From: Okamejei kenojei
Taxonomy: Eukaryota
Assembly (NCBI GenBank): GCA_035221665.1
Contig: CM069147.1
Coordinates: 25,792,001-25,856,000, forward strand
DNA: 64,000 nucleotides
Direction of reading: 5' to 3'
The notes under the pieces are model-generated. The model saw only the letters and a program-made list of their open reading frames with translations, ran no database searches and was not told where the DNA came from. Position 1 is the stretch's first letter; each line of letters opens with the position of its first letter. Made by a program: the position numbers and the translations under genes. Below are positions 49,101 through 61,089 of the stretch, one piece after another.

Positions 49101-52100
49101 TGAATAACCACAGACCTGGTCCACAAAATCAGCTGTAACTTTTGACGGTCTTTCTCGCAACTCCGACAATTTTAGTTAAATATCCTTTTTTCATCAGGCA
49201 GAACGATTTACATTTTCTCCAGATTCATTTTCTGGAAATTCATATCTGTCAAGTTTTTTTGTTTCCTTTCTACAAACGTTCAGATTGTTACTAAATTTCA
49301 GAGCTTGCGGTGCATTACGTCAGATACAAGCGACGTGGGATATTGCGAATTCAGCAGCTACCATTTTCATATGTACCTGATGCATTTCAATCTTACAGGT
49401 TACACCAATTACGTCATGATTTCTATATGCGCAGTGAGCGGTTTTGTATCGTTGCTGTTGGCTCTTGTCATTGCAAAGCGCTGTGTTGCAAGGAAAATTA
49501 AAGGTAAGAAATAATTTAAGCATTTTTTCCCAAAGGGTTATAGCTCCAGAAAGGGAAACATATGAACTCTCAAAGGTATTAACATTATTTTTCATTACAG
49601 CCGATTACATTGCGGCGCAGGCCGGAGTTCGGCCTCCTCTCGTACTTTCTCACATTTTCCTACAAATCTAAGACCATGAGCCTTTATTATTTCTCTCTCG
49701 CTTGCTTGCTCGGCTTCCCATATCGTGCGTGCAACTCGCTGCACCAACTCACCTTGGTTCGAATATCCCAATTATTTTTTTCTGACGTAACATTGCTTTA
49801 GTCCAACCTTCTAATGACCGTCTATGTTTTTGATCTTTCCCACAAGATGCGTCATTCTTTCCATATCAATATTCTCAGAACTTCCATTAATTTTAAAGAC
49901 AACCACGTCGTCATCCCTTATCTTTCTTAACAAAATCAAAGGGACCGCGTGTGATCTTTATTTATACTTTCCTGATATGAATAGTTCACATTTTCTTCAC
50001 GATGTTTTTAAACCGGCCACACCAGAACTCTCCTGGTTACCTCGACTGTGGTCCAATGTGCTTAGCATAATGTCTCCCGTTTTCAGTCTCCTGCCTTCAA
50101 CCGTGTTTCATTTGTGTTTTACGATCAGCGCATTTGGTGCGAGCTCTCTAATGTCCATTTACTCCTCCATATCGCATAGATTGGCACCTTCCAAGTAAAT
50201 AGAACTTTGCACCTCTATTCATTGCGGAAAATGGAGTATGGAGCACTGTGAGATCAATGTCCGGATAAGTTACATATTGGGCAGCTGAGCATCAAGAAGG
50301 AGGTGGTGTTTGGGCCTTTGAAGAGCATTAAAGTGGATAAGTCCCATGGCTTGATTGAACCTATGACAGGCTATTGCGAGCTGATCTTTAGATTTTCTCT
50401 AGTCACAGCCGAGTCCCTGGAGGACTGGAGAGTAGCAATCTTGATTCAGCAGCGAAGCTGAGATATTCCAGGCAATACAGACCGGTGAGCAGCATGTCAC
50501 TGGTTATGAACTTATTGCAGAGGACACTTTGAGATAGGATTTACTCTCATTGCAAAGAAAATCGGCTAATGAGGGACAGTCCATGGGGAGTCATGTCTTA
50601 TAAACTTGCTTGATTGTATTGAGGAAATTATGAAGGTGAGCTCCTTGATGAGGCCACATGAAGGTGTGCTCCTTGGCTCATTGGTTCAGAGGAGGTTTGC
50701 CAGGATTAAAACGTATTAGCCATAAGAAAGGTTTGCACAGACTTGCAGTGATTTCACTGGGATGCATATGCCTGCAGAGAGATGTGATAGAAGTATGTAA
50801 ATTTGTGAGAGGCATAGATGTGGTGGGCAGTCAGAACCTTTATCCCAGTATGGAAGTACAGTATCAATGATTAGACGGCATAACTTTAAGGTGAGAGGGG
50901 CAAAGTTAAAGGAGGTATGCGGGGCATATGGATATGCAGGGGATGTAGGGATATGGAAGACGTACGGGCAAAATAACTTAATTTAAAGTGTCAGCGCTTT
51001 CGGCAAAGCCGTTGTGGGCCGAGAGGCCTGTTCCTGTGCGGTGTATCTTATACCATAGTGAGTGGCTTCCATATTCCTTCTGCGAAAATTCATTACTTTG
51101 CATGATGAATTCACCGTTCCGTCCATTTTTAATTCCACTAATATCCTACCCTAATGTGTTGTTCCCCTCTGTACTGGATTACTCTTCCAAACTTGTGTAA
51201 CCCTATCTTCAGACAACAGTTTTGATTCTAGCCCTAACAATCAGCAGTAATGGTAGTGGCATAAATGCACCCACTGCTTTCTGTGAACAGTTGCACTTCA
51301 GTGAACAGTTGTACTTTCCCACAGCCAGCCATCAATCAAATCTGCAACCTGTCGATAATTACTATTCTCTGATCTTTTTTCATTTATATTTTTGTCGCCT
51401 ACCTATTTGATATTATTTTGGAAATCGAGACAGATTCTATTATCTTCATTACCATAGCTCTGTCTCTCTGTAGTTTTCACGAAGTTTGGCGTTGGTCCAG
51501 CATGATTCCTCTTCTGAAATCATTATGAGTACACATTGTTGTACACTTTCTTTCTATATTTCTATTTTCTGTCTGTTAATTATTGATCCTGTGACATTTC
51601 ATGTTACCATGAAAGTTAAGGTTATTGCCCTTTTGTGCGCTGGACCCTTCAAAGTATTCCGTTACTTGTTCGACATTCATGTTTATTTTAACTTGAATTA
51701 GTCAAACAACGATTATCCAGACTGAAAGAATAACACCAGTAACTAAATCCTGACAGTTTCAGTATTGGGATGCCCTCACGGCCACTCAATATGTTTTATT
51801 TACACGGGGAACGTCGTAGTTGCTCTCTCCCAGGTCAAAATGATATGAACCCCAGCAATTGGGAGAGGTTGGTAACTGGAGATTCCATTTCCGTACCAGC
51901 AACAAGACTCCCGAGAAACACAAACTAGGATTAAAAGGCTGACGACATCGGCATTATTAATAACGATTCGGCAAAAAAGCCTTGGCACATGATTATGCCC
52001 ATCGATCTATATTAACCCCCAACTCTATGTCCACCGTCTTTTTCGGATGACAAATTCAATTTTTTAATCGAGTAAAGTAATTTATATTAATAATTGACCA

Positions 52101-55100
52101 GGTACGCGGAAGGAAGAAGAAAGATCCGATGTTATTGGGCAACTGGTATGTATGAAATAAGTAAAGTTAAAATACTGCGTTTGCCTTCTATACAGCACAA
52201 ATTAGTTAGCTGTTTTATTGCTACCAGTACCTCGCGGTATCAGCCGTCCAACGGGTTTTGTCCGTTAACACGAATGCTAGAGAGATATATTGCACTCACT
52301 TCTAAAAATCGTACCTGTTGTCTACAAAATGCCCAAGGTCTATTAAATGCTCTTACATTCAGAGCAAAACCATGAGTGTCTATCACGGATACATATCTGC
52401 CGCATTTGCCTGGCACGCACAGCATGTAACTACTGGCCACAAATTGTTTCATTTAATTTTCCCTTGAAGAGCCTTCCCAAGCCCATGGCCATAGCGGCAG
52501 GACAACACAACATAGATACTAATTGCAGTTCCAGCCTGTTGTCGACATCTCAGTGATGAATTCAATTCAGGATCATATCAGGAGCAAAAGGTGACCATTA
52601 AGCCAACCGAGTCTATTTCCCCACACAATAGGCTTTCGGCTGATTCAACATTCTTCATCCATCGCCGCCGCCATTCATGCATATATTGTGATTCTCATGC
52701 TGGTGACAAATAGTGTTTCATCTTCATGTTGCTTTACCAATTTCTGATAGGCGAATTCACTCCCCGTTTCAATGTCAATGCTCCCCCTCCCCCATTTTCG
52801 TATAAAAGATGTATACTTTTCTCGTTCAGTCTATGCAACGTGCAGGAGAAGCGGTGGTGTCTTATGCTGCGCTAAATCTGAGCAAATCCCTGAAAGTTCC
52901 AAGGCGGGCGAATCAAGAAAGGACGCTGTATGCACAGGTACCTTTTAACATACGAACTCGGACCCCCCTACTCCACTGCAAATCGGTTAACTGGTCCCAC
53001 GATCGCAATTATGTATCCCTCTTGGGCTCTCACCAGTCCCTAGCCGACAGTCAACCTATCAGGGAACCATCTTACCTGTCATCTGATGCCAGCCCCGATT
53101 AGCACTGTTTTTTTCGTCGGCTCCAGTAACTGCATCACGCCCCCCCCCCCCCCCCCCCNNNNNNNNNNNNNNNNNNNNNNNNNNNNNNNNNNNNNNNNNN
53201 NNNNNNNNNNNNNNNNNNNNNNNNNNNNNNNNNNNNNNNNNNNNNNNNNNNNNNNNNNNNNNNNNNNNNNNNNNNNNNNNNNNNNNNNNNNNNNNNNNNN
53301 NNNNNNNNNNNNNNNNNNNNNNNNNNNNNNNNNNNNNNNNNNNNNNNNNNNNNNNNNNNNNNNNNNNNNNNNNNNTCTACCCCGAAACGTCAGTTGTCCA
53401 ATTTCCCCAGAGATGCGACCTGACTCGCTGACGTATTCCAACATTTTGTGTCAATCTTTGGTATAAACAAGCATCTGTCCGTTAATTTGATTATTTCATT
53501 TCTGATCCTGCAAAACGTTCGGGTCTGTGTGAGATTCAAAGCAGCTTTAAAAATGAACTAATGTTTTCCCCCTAATTTTCATCTTGCAGACCAGGCAGAA
53601 ACCAATGCATGGTAAAGTGATTGACGCTCCTCTCGCTACGACGGGAAACACGACAAGAGAAAGCGGCACGACTGCGTCCATTGCTTTCTGTGAGCAGTTG
53701 CACTTTAGTCTGCTTTCTTTCCCACAGCCAGCCATCAATCAATTCTGCAACCTGTCGATAATTACTATTCTCTGATCTTTTTTTATTTTGTCGCCAACCT
53801 ATTTGGCATTATTTTGGAAATCTAGACCGATTATAATTTCTTTATTACCATACCTGTGTCTCTCTGTAATGTTCACGATGTTTGCGGTTGGTCCAGCATG
53901 ATTCCCCAACTGAAATCATTATGAGTACACATTGCTGTACACTTTATTTCTATATTTCTATTTTCTGTCCGTTAATTATTGATCCTGTGAAAATTCCTAT
54001 TACCACGAACGCTTGAGTATGGGGATGCCCTCACGGACACTCAGTAGGTTTCAATTTCACGGGGTACTTGGTAGTTGCTCACTCCCAGGTGAAAATGACG
54101 TGAACCCCAGCAATTGGAAGCGGTTGGTAACTGGAGATTTAATTTCCTTACCTGCAGCAAGACTTCAGAGAAACACAAACTAGGATTAAAAGGGTGACGG
54201 CATCGGCATATTTGCTTATTATTAATAACGATTCAGCAATAAAGCCATGACTTTGCACATGATCATGTTCATCGATCTATATTAACCCACAACTCTATGT
54301 CCACCGTCTTTTTCGGGTGACAAAATTCAATTTTTTAATCTAGATAAGTAATTAATATTAATAATTGACCAGGTACGCGGAAGGAAGAAGAAAGATCCGA
54401 TGTAAATGGGCAACTGGTATGTATGAAATAAGTAAAGTTAAAATACTGCGCTTGCCTTCTATACAGCAAAAATTAACTCGCTGTTTTATTGCTACCAGTG
54501 CCTCTAGGTAACAACCGTCCAAAGGGTTTTGTCCATTAACTCGAATGTTAGATGAAAATCTATTTTGCCAAGCTGATATATTGCACTCACTTCTAAAAAT
54601 CGTCCCTGTGTCTACAAAAGCCCAGGGTCTATAAAATGCTCTTACTATTGAGCAAAATCACGAGTGCCTATCACGGATGCATATCTGCCACACTTGCCTG
54701 GCACGCACTGCAATCAACTACAGGCCACAAATTGTTTAATTTAAGTTTCCCCTGAAGCACTTCCCCAAGCCCATGGACATAGTCGCAGGACAACACACGA
54801 TAGATACTAATTACAGTTCCAGCCTGTTGTCGTCATCTCAGTGTAAAATTCAAAATTCCAGATCACATCAGGAGCAAAAGGTGACCATTAAGCCAATCGA
54901 GTCTATTTCACCACTCAATAAGCTTTCGGCTGATTCAACATGCTTCGTCCATCTCCTCCGCCATCCACGCAAGTATTGTGATTCTCATGCTGGTGACAAA
55001 TATAATCAGAGTTTCATTTTCATGTGGCATTCTGGAGCATGACGCTCCAAAATCTCTCAATTTCTGATAGGCGAATTCCCTCCTCCTTTCAATGTCAATA

Positions 55101-56502
55101 CCCCCCACCCATCCCCATTTCCCGAGGCTGCTACGGCTCCAAAATTAATTCATGACTATCAGCATCCCCGAGTGTTTACCCTGTCAATCCCATAAAGCAG
55201 CAGTGTCGACCCCCCTCTCCTTCTCGGAGGGGTCCAATCAGTACAGGATCAAGCTGTCCTGTCTTTCCTCGTAAAGCGAAACCCCAAAGCACCCGCTGGC
55301 ATCTCAGTGAACATTCTTTGAACTCTCTTTTGTAACAATGTCCTTTGCTTTCAGTAAGGGCATCCAAACAGTCCACATAATTTGTTGTAGTTCAAATAAC
55401 GCTGTGTAAATTTGAGCTAAGACTTCTATACATTTTTGATGCATCCCCTCAGAAGACGACAGGCCAATGCTGCTGCACAGTCTGGAAACAGAAGCTGAAT
55501 TTTGAATAAAATCAAACGATAAACCGGGAACTAGAGAAAACGTTTGCGTTCAATCAATTGGCTGTAATTTGCTTTTTAACGTATATAAATGTTGAGAATA
55601 AGCAAATAAGATGTTTGCGAAGAAAACAAAGGCCAGTTATGGCTTGGGACGCCTCCCCCCGCCATCCCCAAACTATCATTTAATTAGCTGATCTAATCTA
55701 ACTTGCTTTTGGGGATAATGTTAGAGCAGGAGAAGTGATCGACATCGTGCCCGTAGGTTATTGGCATTGGAACTATTCATGTAATGGGCCCTCGAAACCG
55801 TTTTAGAACCTGATAGTGTCGTTATGCGCAAAAATCAATGCACCTTTATTGAGAAGATGTATACTTTTCTCGTTCAGTCTATGCGACCTGCAGGTGAAGC
55901 GATGGTGCCTTATGCTGCGCTAGATCTGGGCAAACCCCGGAAAGTTCCAAGGCAGGTGAATCAAGAAAGGACACTGTATGCACAGGTACCTTTTAATATA
56001 CGAATTCGGAAACCTCCCCTCCCCGCCCCCTCCACTACAAATCGGTTAACTGGTCCCACGGTCGCGATCATGTATCCCTCTTGGGCTCTCACCACTCCCT
56101 CGCCGACAGTCAGACTGAAGAAATGTCCCTACCCGAAACGTCAATTATGCAATTTCTCCAGAGATGCGACCTGACCTGCTGACTAGCATTTTGTGTCAAT
56201 CTTTGGAATAAACAAGCATCAGCCCGTTCATTTTATTACATTCATTTCTGATCCTGCAAAACGCTCGGTTCTGCGTGAGGATCAAAGCAGCTAAAATATG
56301 AACAAATGTTTTCCCTCTAATTTTCGTCTCGCAGACCAAGCAGAAACCAATAGCTGGTAAAGTGATTTACGCACCACTCACTACAACGGGAAACAAGACA
56401 GGAGAAAACACATATCGTTGGGATAATTACACGGACAACTCACAGCCAATAAAGCAAATGCGAGGTGCAGATGGTATCTATTCGGAATGGATTCCCAAGT
56501 AG
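43103..56502 (+). CDS. Gene 2: Ig-superfamily receptor, leader-V(J)-C1-TM-cytoplasmic ITIMs, paralog of gene 1, with duplicated cytoplasmic cassette
   Basis: Exons 43103-43157, 43319-43639, 45303-45608, 49399-49503, then either cassette A (52102-52145, 52830-52937, 53590-53775; 374 aa) or cassette B (54373-54416, 55878-55985, 56335-56502; 368 aa). All introns are GT-AG and the frames are open. Confidence 0.87.
43319..43639 (+). CDS. Gene 2 exon 2, Ig V-set domain with J-like end
   Basis: cctttag acceptor; KVTQFP...FHC...VHWWKQGE...[16 protein letters not shown]...[11 protein letters not shown]; G|GTAAGT donor. Confidence 0.95.
44300..45100 (-). mobile_element. Penelope-like element fragment in gene 2 intron 2
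   Basis: Minus-strand [29 protein letters not shown]...[24 protein letters not shown], plus a terminal-repeat remnant at ~44310-44420. Confidence 0.85.
45303..45608 (+). CDS. Gene 2 exon 3, Ig C1-set domain
   Basis: ccctag acceptor; VPPTPLKI...[21 protein letters not shown]...[10 protein letters not shown]...YTCLVNHVT; CAG|GTAAG donor. Confidence 0.95.
46335..46590 (-). mobile_element. CR1 LINE 3' end
   Basis: (catagaaa)n tail and the CR1 3' UTR in reverse. Confidence 0.85.
47530..49030. mobile_element. Old CR1 fragments (minus ~47530-48050, plus ~48210-49030)
   Basis: Degenerate peptides [20 protein letters not shown] and [19 protein letters not shown]. Confidence 0.7.
49399..49503 (+). 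CDS. Gene 2 exon 4, transmembrane helix
   Basis: cttacag acceptor; [35 protein letters not shown]; AAG|GTAAG donor. Confidence 0.9.
50235..51050 (+). mobile_element. Highly decayed CR1 fragment
   Basis: Remnants of the KVDKS and QRDVIEV motifs and of the 3' UTR (gggccgagaggcctgttcctgtgc). Confidence 0.55.
52102..52145 (+). CDS. Gene 2 exon 5A ([15 protein letters not shown])
   Basis: gaccag acceptor, CTG|GTATGT donor, 44 nt, phase 1 to 0. Confidence 0.7.
52830..52937 (+). CDS. Gene 2 exon 6A, ITIM VSYAAL and TLYAQ
   Basis: gttcag acceptor, CAG|GTACC donor, 108 nt, phase 0-0. Confidence 0.75.
53159..53375. other. Assembly gap (217 N)
   Basis: Run of N after a poly-C tract, inside intron 6A. 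Confidence 1.
53590..53775 (+). CDS. Gene 2 exon 7A, chimeric terminal exon (ITIM tyrosine lost: VIDAPL)
   Basis: cttgcag acceptor. The first ~24 codons are homologous to exon 7B; the rest is duplicated intron sequence ending in TGA. Confidence 0.5.
   Translation, partial: TRQKPMHGKVIDAPLATTGNTTRESGTTASIAFCEQLHFSLLSFPQPAINQFCNLSIITIL
54373..54416 (+). CDS. Gene 2 exon 5B ([15 protein letters not shown])
   Basis: Duplicate of 5A with intact splice sites. Confidence 0.7.
55878..55985 (+). CDS. Gene 2 exon 6B, ITIM VPYAAL and TLYAQ
   Basis: Duplicate of 6A with intact splice sites and an open frame. Confidence 0.78.
56335..56502 (+). CDS. Gene 2 exon 7B, terminal exon with ITIM VIYAPL and distal GIYSEW
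   Basis: ctcgcag acceptor; [15 protein letters not shown]...[14 protein letters not shown]. Confidence 0.78.
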   Translation, partial: TKQKPIAGKVIYAPLTTTGNKTGENTYRWDNYTDNSQPIKQMRGADGIYSEWIPK

Positions 56503-57024
56503 TTTCCGTGCTCAAAGTGACGTCTTGTTATTTGTGTAGTTACATATCAGCTCGTCCATGATCTGACAACAAGAAAACAGCAACAGCTCTCAGGGAAATG
56601 GCGAGATGTTCCATATTACAAGCATCAAGCACTGATTTGAAGTCAAAACTCCTAACCATCTGAGCCCTTCACCTTCAACACTAGGGGTGAAATGGGTTAC
56701 AACCAGTTGCCCAAGTTATAACCATATAACAATTACAGCACGGAAACAGGCCCTCTCGGCCCTTCCAGTCCGTGCCGAAGATACCAATTATGCGCCAGTA
56801 AACGTCGGTGTCCATCCGCTTGGCTACTGTGCTCTTTGAAATTGCATACGTTTTGTAAAGGGAGGCACCTCGTTATTTCAACACAAAAAAAAAGACACAT
56901 GCAAAATGTACGGTGTTTAGAGGGGACCCAAAAGTGAATTTACTCCTGCAGAGATTGTTTGGAAAAAGCATATAATCCTCCAACACTTTCGCCACCTCCA
57001 ACGAGATCCCACTACTGGCCACTA

Positions 57025-57624
57025 CTGGCCCTCAACTCCAAGAAGACCAAGGAACTCATTGTTGACTTCAGGAGATCGAGAGGCTGCACGCACAACCCCA
57101 TCCATATCAACGGGATGGAGGTGGAACGTGTCTCCAGCTTCAGGTTCCTGGGGGGTCAACATCTCCGATGACCTCTCCTGGACCCACAACACATCCTCGC
57201 TAATCAAGAAGGCTCACCAGAGTCTCTTCTTCCTGAGGAGACTTAAAAAGGTCCACGTCTCCCCAGATTCTGGTGAACTTCTACAGCTGCACCATCGAGA
57301 GCATCCTTACCAACTGCATCACAGTATGGTATGGTAACTGCTCTGTTGCCAACCGGAAAGCTCTGCAGAGGATGGTGAAGCCCAACGCAACACAGGCTCC
57401 TCACTTCCCTCCATTGAGTCTGTCCATAGTAAACAATGCCTGCACAGGGCGCACAGCATCGTCAGGGACAGCTCACACCCCAACCATAGACTGTTTACCC
57501 TCCTCCCATCTGGGAGACGTTACAGGTCCCTCCGCTGCCGGACCAGCAGGCTCAAGAACAGCTTCTTCCCTGCGGCTGTCACACTTCTCAACGCTGCACC
57601 TCAATGACTGCCTGTCTCCACCCC

Positions 57625-57663
<39 letters not shown>

Positions 57664-57822
57664 ACTATCCAATCACCAGCAAATTGCACGGACACCATTG
57701 CATATGTATATGTATTACTTGTTTATTCGTAAGTTCGCCCTTCGGAGGTACCAACTGCATTTCGTTGTCTCTGTATTGTACACTGCACAATGACAATTAA
57801 AGATTGAATTGAATTGAATTGA
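57025..57822 (+). mobile_element. Rex1/Babar-type LINE 3' fragment nested in a Penelope fragment
   Basis: LNSKKTKELIVDFRR and FYSCTIESILTNCITVWYGNC; (ttgaa)n tail. The flanks rejoin as Penelope sequence (gatcccactactggcc / catcttcccatctcc). Confidence 0.88.
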
Positions 57823-58329
57823 ACATCTTCCCATCTCCACCACTTGCTGCTTTCCGCAGAGACCCTTCCCACCGCCACTCCCTGGTTAACTCGTCCCTTC
57901 CCACCCAAACCATCCCCTCCCCATTCCCAGTTCTCCCACCAGTCTTACTGTCTCCGGCTACATTCTATCCCACCACCCAATATTTGTCCATTTTCCCTAA
58001 CTCGAGTTGTTTACAAATAAATGGAATCGGGTAATTTACTTAATTGGTGTATACAGTGATCTTGGATGCAGTCCACTCTATTTTATTCAATTGTAAAGCG
58101 TGCTTGCGCAGTTACCAAACTGCACAGTGAAGGTAGAAGCACTGACTCGGGAAGAGCGCAGCCATATAATTCCAACGCATTTATTGAATGTAATGAATAT
58201 TCATCCAAAATCGCTGTATAGCCTTTGAACTCATTTCCATCGTAACGACTCTTACTCTACTGGACATATGGGGCAACGGGCACTCACACAGAAAGATCCC
58301 ATACAATTGACACTCCATTCATTGTTCCT

Positions 58330-58652
58330 CCGAGAGGGGAGGAGAGAGGGGGAGATAGAGATGGGGGAGAGTGCGGTGCGAAAGAGAGGGGGAGAGGGGG
58401 GAGGAGAGAAAGGGGGGAGAGAGGGGGAGAGAGAGAGAGGGATGAGAGAGAGGAGATGAGAGAGGGGAGAGGGAGAGACGGGGTGAGAAGGGGAGAGAGA
58501 GGGGTGTGAGAGGGGGTACGAATGAGAGGGGGAAGGGAGGGGGGAGAGAGGAGCAGAGAGAGATGGGGATGAGAGAGAAGGTGAGAGAGAGGGGGGGAAT
58601 AGGGTGAGAGAGGTAGAAGGGAGAGAGAGAAGGAGAGAGTGGAGGGAGGGGG
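58330..58652. repeat. GA-rich polypurine low-complexity tract
   Basis: Same composition as 1-1247 and 31150-31520. Confidence 0.9.
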
Positions 58653-59521
58653 ATTAATGCTGCTGTAAATTGCAAATAGAAAAATATTTAAATGTTAAAT
58701 TAAGTTTAAAGTAAAATCTTCTTTAAGGAAGGGATAATCGTAGCCAATGGATTAAGCCAACTTCACTATTCTTCATACCACCTTGGAATTATTTCCGGTG
58801 ATAAGGGGAAGGGAGCTTTATTTTATATATTGTCCATAAAATAAGCATTTCGGTGTAATCACGACGCCAAAATGTTGACATTCTACTCAGAAGCGTTGGG
58901 ACAGCGGCAAACTATTAACCATTAACTATTAACTATTAAGACTGGGCGAAATCATTTAAACCATTCATGCAAGAATGGGATTCCTGGATGACATGAGGGG
59001 CAAAATAAATTGAAATAGTGAAATGTCACGGCCCCCACACCTTTCAACATGTTGGTTTACATTGTGGTACAATGCAATTTTTATTTCGGGTTCCATATTG
59101 TCACTTGTGCCGGGGTACAGTGCAAAGCTTTTTGTTGCGTGCTATCCAGTCAAAGAAAAGACTATGCACGATTATTATCGTCGTCCACAGTGTATAATTA
59201 AAGGCTAAGAGCCTTCAGATATCATGAAATGGGAAGAGCTAGGGCTTCGGGGTTGTGAAATCTATAATATCTTTATGGTATGTGTAAACGTTATGAATGT
59301 TCCGCAGGTAGGGCTGGATTTGTAAGGTCCGAAATAAAGCAAGTATATCATTTTCATGGCCTTATTTCAGAACAGCAGGAGGTAGATAAGCATATGTGTT
59401 CATGCAAGTACGGAATCAGAGAATTGGAAGTCAAGGGGTAAAGGACCAAAGCAGAGACTGGAGAAACGTTTTAGGCCAATTGAAGGACAAAGCAATTGAT
59501 AATAACGTGAGCAAACACGAT

Positions 59522-61070
59522 ACAATAGACAATAGACAAAAAGTGCAGGAGTAGGCCATTCGGCCCCTCGAGCCAGCACCACCATTCACTGATCATGCCA
59601 CAATCAGTACCCCGTTCCTACCTTCTCCCCATATCCCTTGACTCTGCTATCTTTATCTAACTCTCTGGAAAGCATCCAGAGAATTGGCCTCCACAGCCTT
59701 CTGAGGCAGAGAATTCCACAGATTCACAACTCTGTGTGAAAATGTTTTTCATAATTTCCGTTCTAAATGGTCTACCCCATATTCTTAAACTGTGGCCCCT
59801 GGTTCTGAACTCCACCAACATCAGGGACACGTTTCCTGCCTCCAGCGTGTCCAATCCCATAATAATCTTAAATGTTTCAATAAGATGTCCTCTCATCCTA
59901 CTAAATTCCAGTGTATACAAGCCCAGTCGCTCCATTCTTTCAACATTTGACAGTCCCGTCATCGCGGGAATTAACCTCGTGAACCTACGCTGCACTCTCT
60001 CAATAGCAAGAATTTCCTTCCTCAAATTTGGACACCGAAACTGCACACAATACACCAGGTGTGGTCTCACTAGAGCCCTGTACAACTGCAGAAGGACCTC
60101 TTTGCTCCTATGCTCAACTCCTCTTGTTATGAAGGCCAACATGCCAGTAGCTTTCTTCACTGCCTGCTGTACCTGCATGCTTACTCTCGGTGACTGATGA
60201 ACAAGGACACCCGGATTGCGTTGTACTCCCCTTTCTCTAACATGGCATCATTCAGATAATAATCTGCCTTCCTGTTCTTGCCACCGAAGTGGATAACCTC
60301 ACATTTATCCACATTAAACTGCATCTGCCATGCATCTGCCCACTCACCAACCTGTCCAAGTCACCCTGCATCCTCATAGCATCCTCCTCACAGTTCACAC
60401 TGCCACCCAGCAAATATGCTAATGTTAGTCTTAATCCCTTCATCTAAATCATTAATGTATATTGTAAATAGCTGCGGTCCCATCACCGAGCCTTGCGGTA
60501 CCCCACTAGTCACTGCCTGCCATTCTGAAAGTGGCACGTTAATCCCTACTCTTTGTTTCCTTTCTGCCATGTCAGTACCTTACCTCTAATACCATGTGCC
60601 CTAATTTTGCTCACTAATTTCCTATGCAGGACCTTATCAAAGGTTTTCTGAAAGTCCAGGTACACTGCATCCACTGGCCATTTGTCCATTTGTCCATTTC
60701 CCCTTGTCCATTTTCCTGGTTACATCCTCAAAACATTCTAGAAGATTAGTCAAGCATGATTCCCCCTTCGTAAATCTATCCTGACTCCGACCGATCCTGT
60801 TACCGCTATCGAAATGTGCCGCTATTTCATCTTTTATAAATGACTCCAGCATCTTTCCCACCACCGATGTGAGGCTAACTGGTCTATAATTCCGTTTTCT
60901 CTCCCCCTCCTTTCTTAAAAAAAGTGGGATAATATTATCTACGCTCCAATTCACAAGAACTGATCCTGAATCTATAGAACAGTGAAAGATGATCACCAAT
61001 GCGTCCACGATTTCTGGAGCCACTTCCTTAAGTACCCTGGGATGCTGATCATCAGGCCCAGGGGATTCGT
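59522..61070 (-). mobile_element. CR1 LINE RT region and 3' end
   Basis: Minus-strand peptides [28 protein letters not shown] and RPHLVYCVQF; (aatagac)n tail. Confidence 0.93.
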
Positions 61071-61089
61071 CAAAGGTAAAGAAGAAACA

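Larger units (their letters stand above)
51255..56407 (+). repeat. Tandem segmental duplication of gene 2 cytoplasmic exons (unit A ~51255-53662, unit B ~53662-56407)
   Basis: Colinear exon and intron similarity, e.g. gaccaggtacgcggaaggaagaagaaagatccgatg at 52096 and 54367, and gatgtatacttttctcgttcagtctatgc at 52808 and 55856. Confidence 0.93.

Noticed and set aside
51255-56407. Duplication as a pure assembly artefact at the N gap
   Set aside because: The A/B junction (~53662) is in contiguous sequence ~290 nt from the gap and the copies differ by large indels. An artefact is considered unlikely, but is not excluded without reads.
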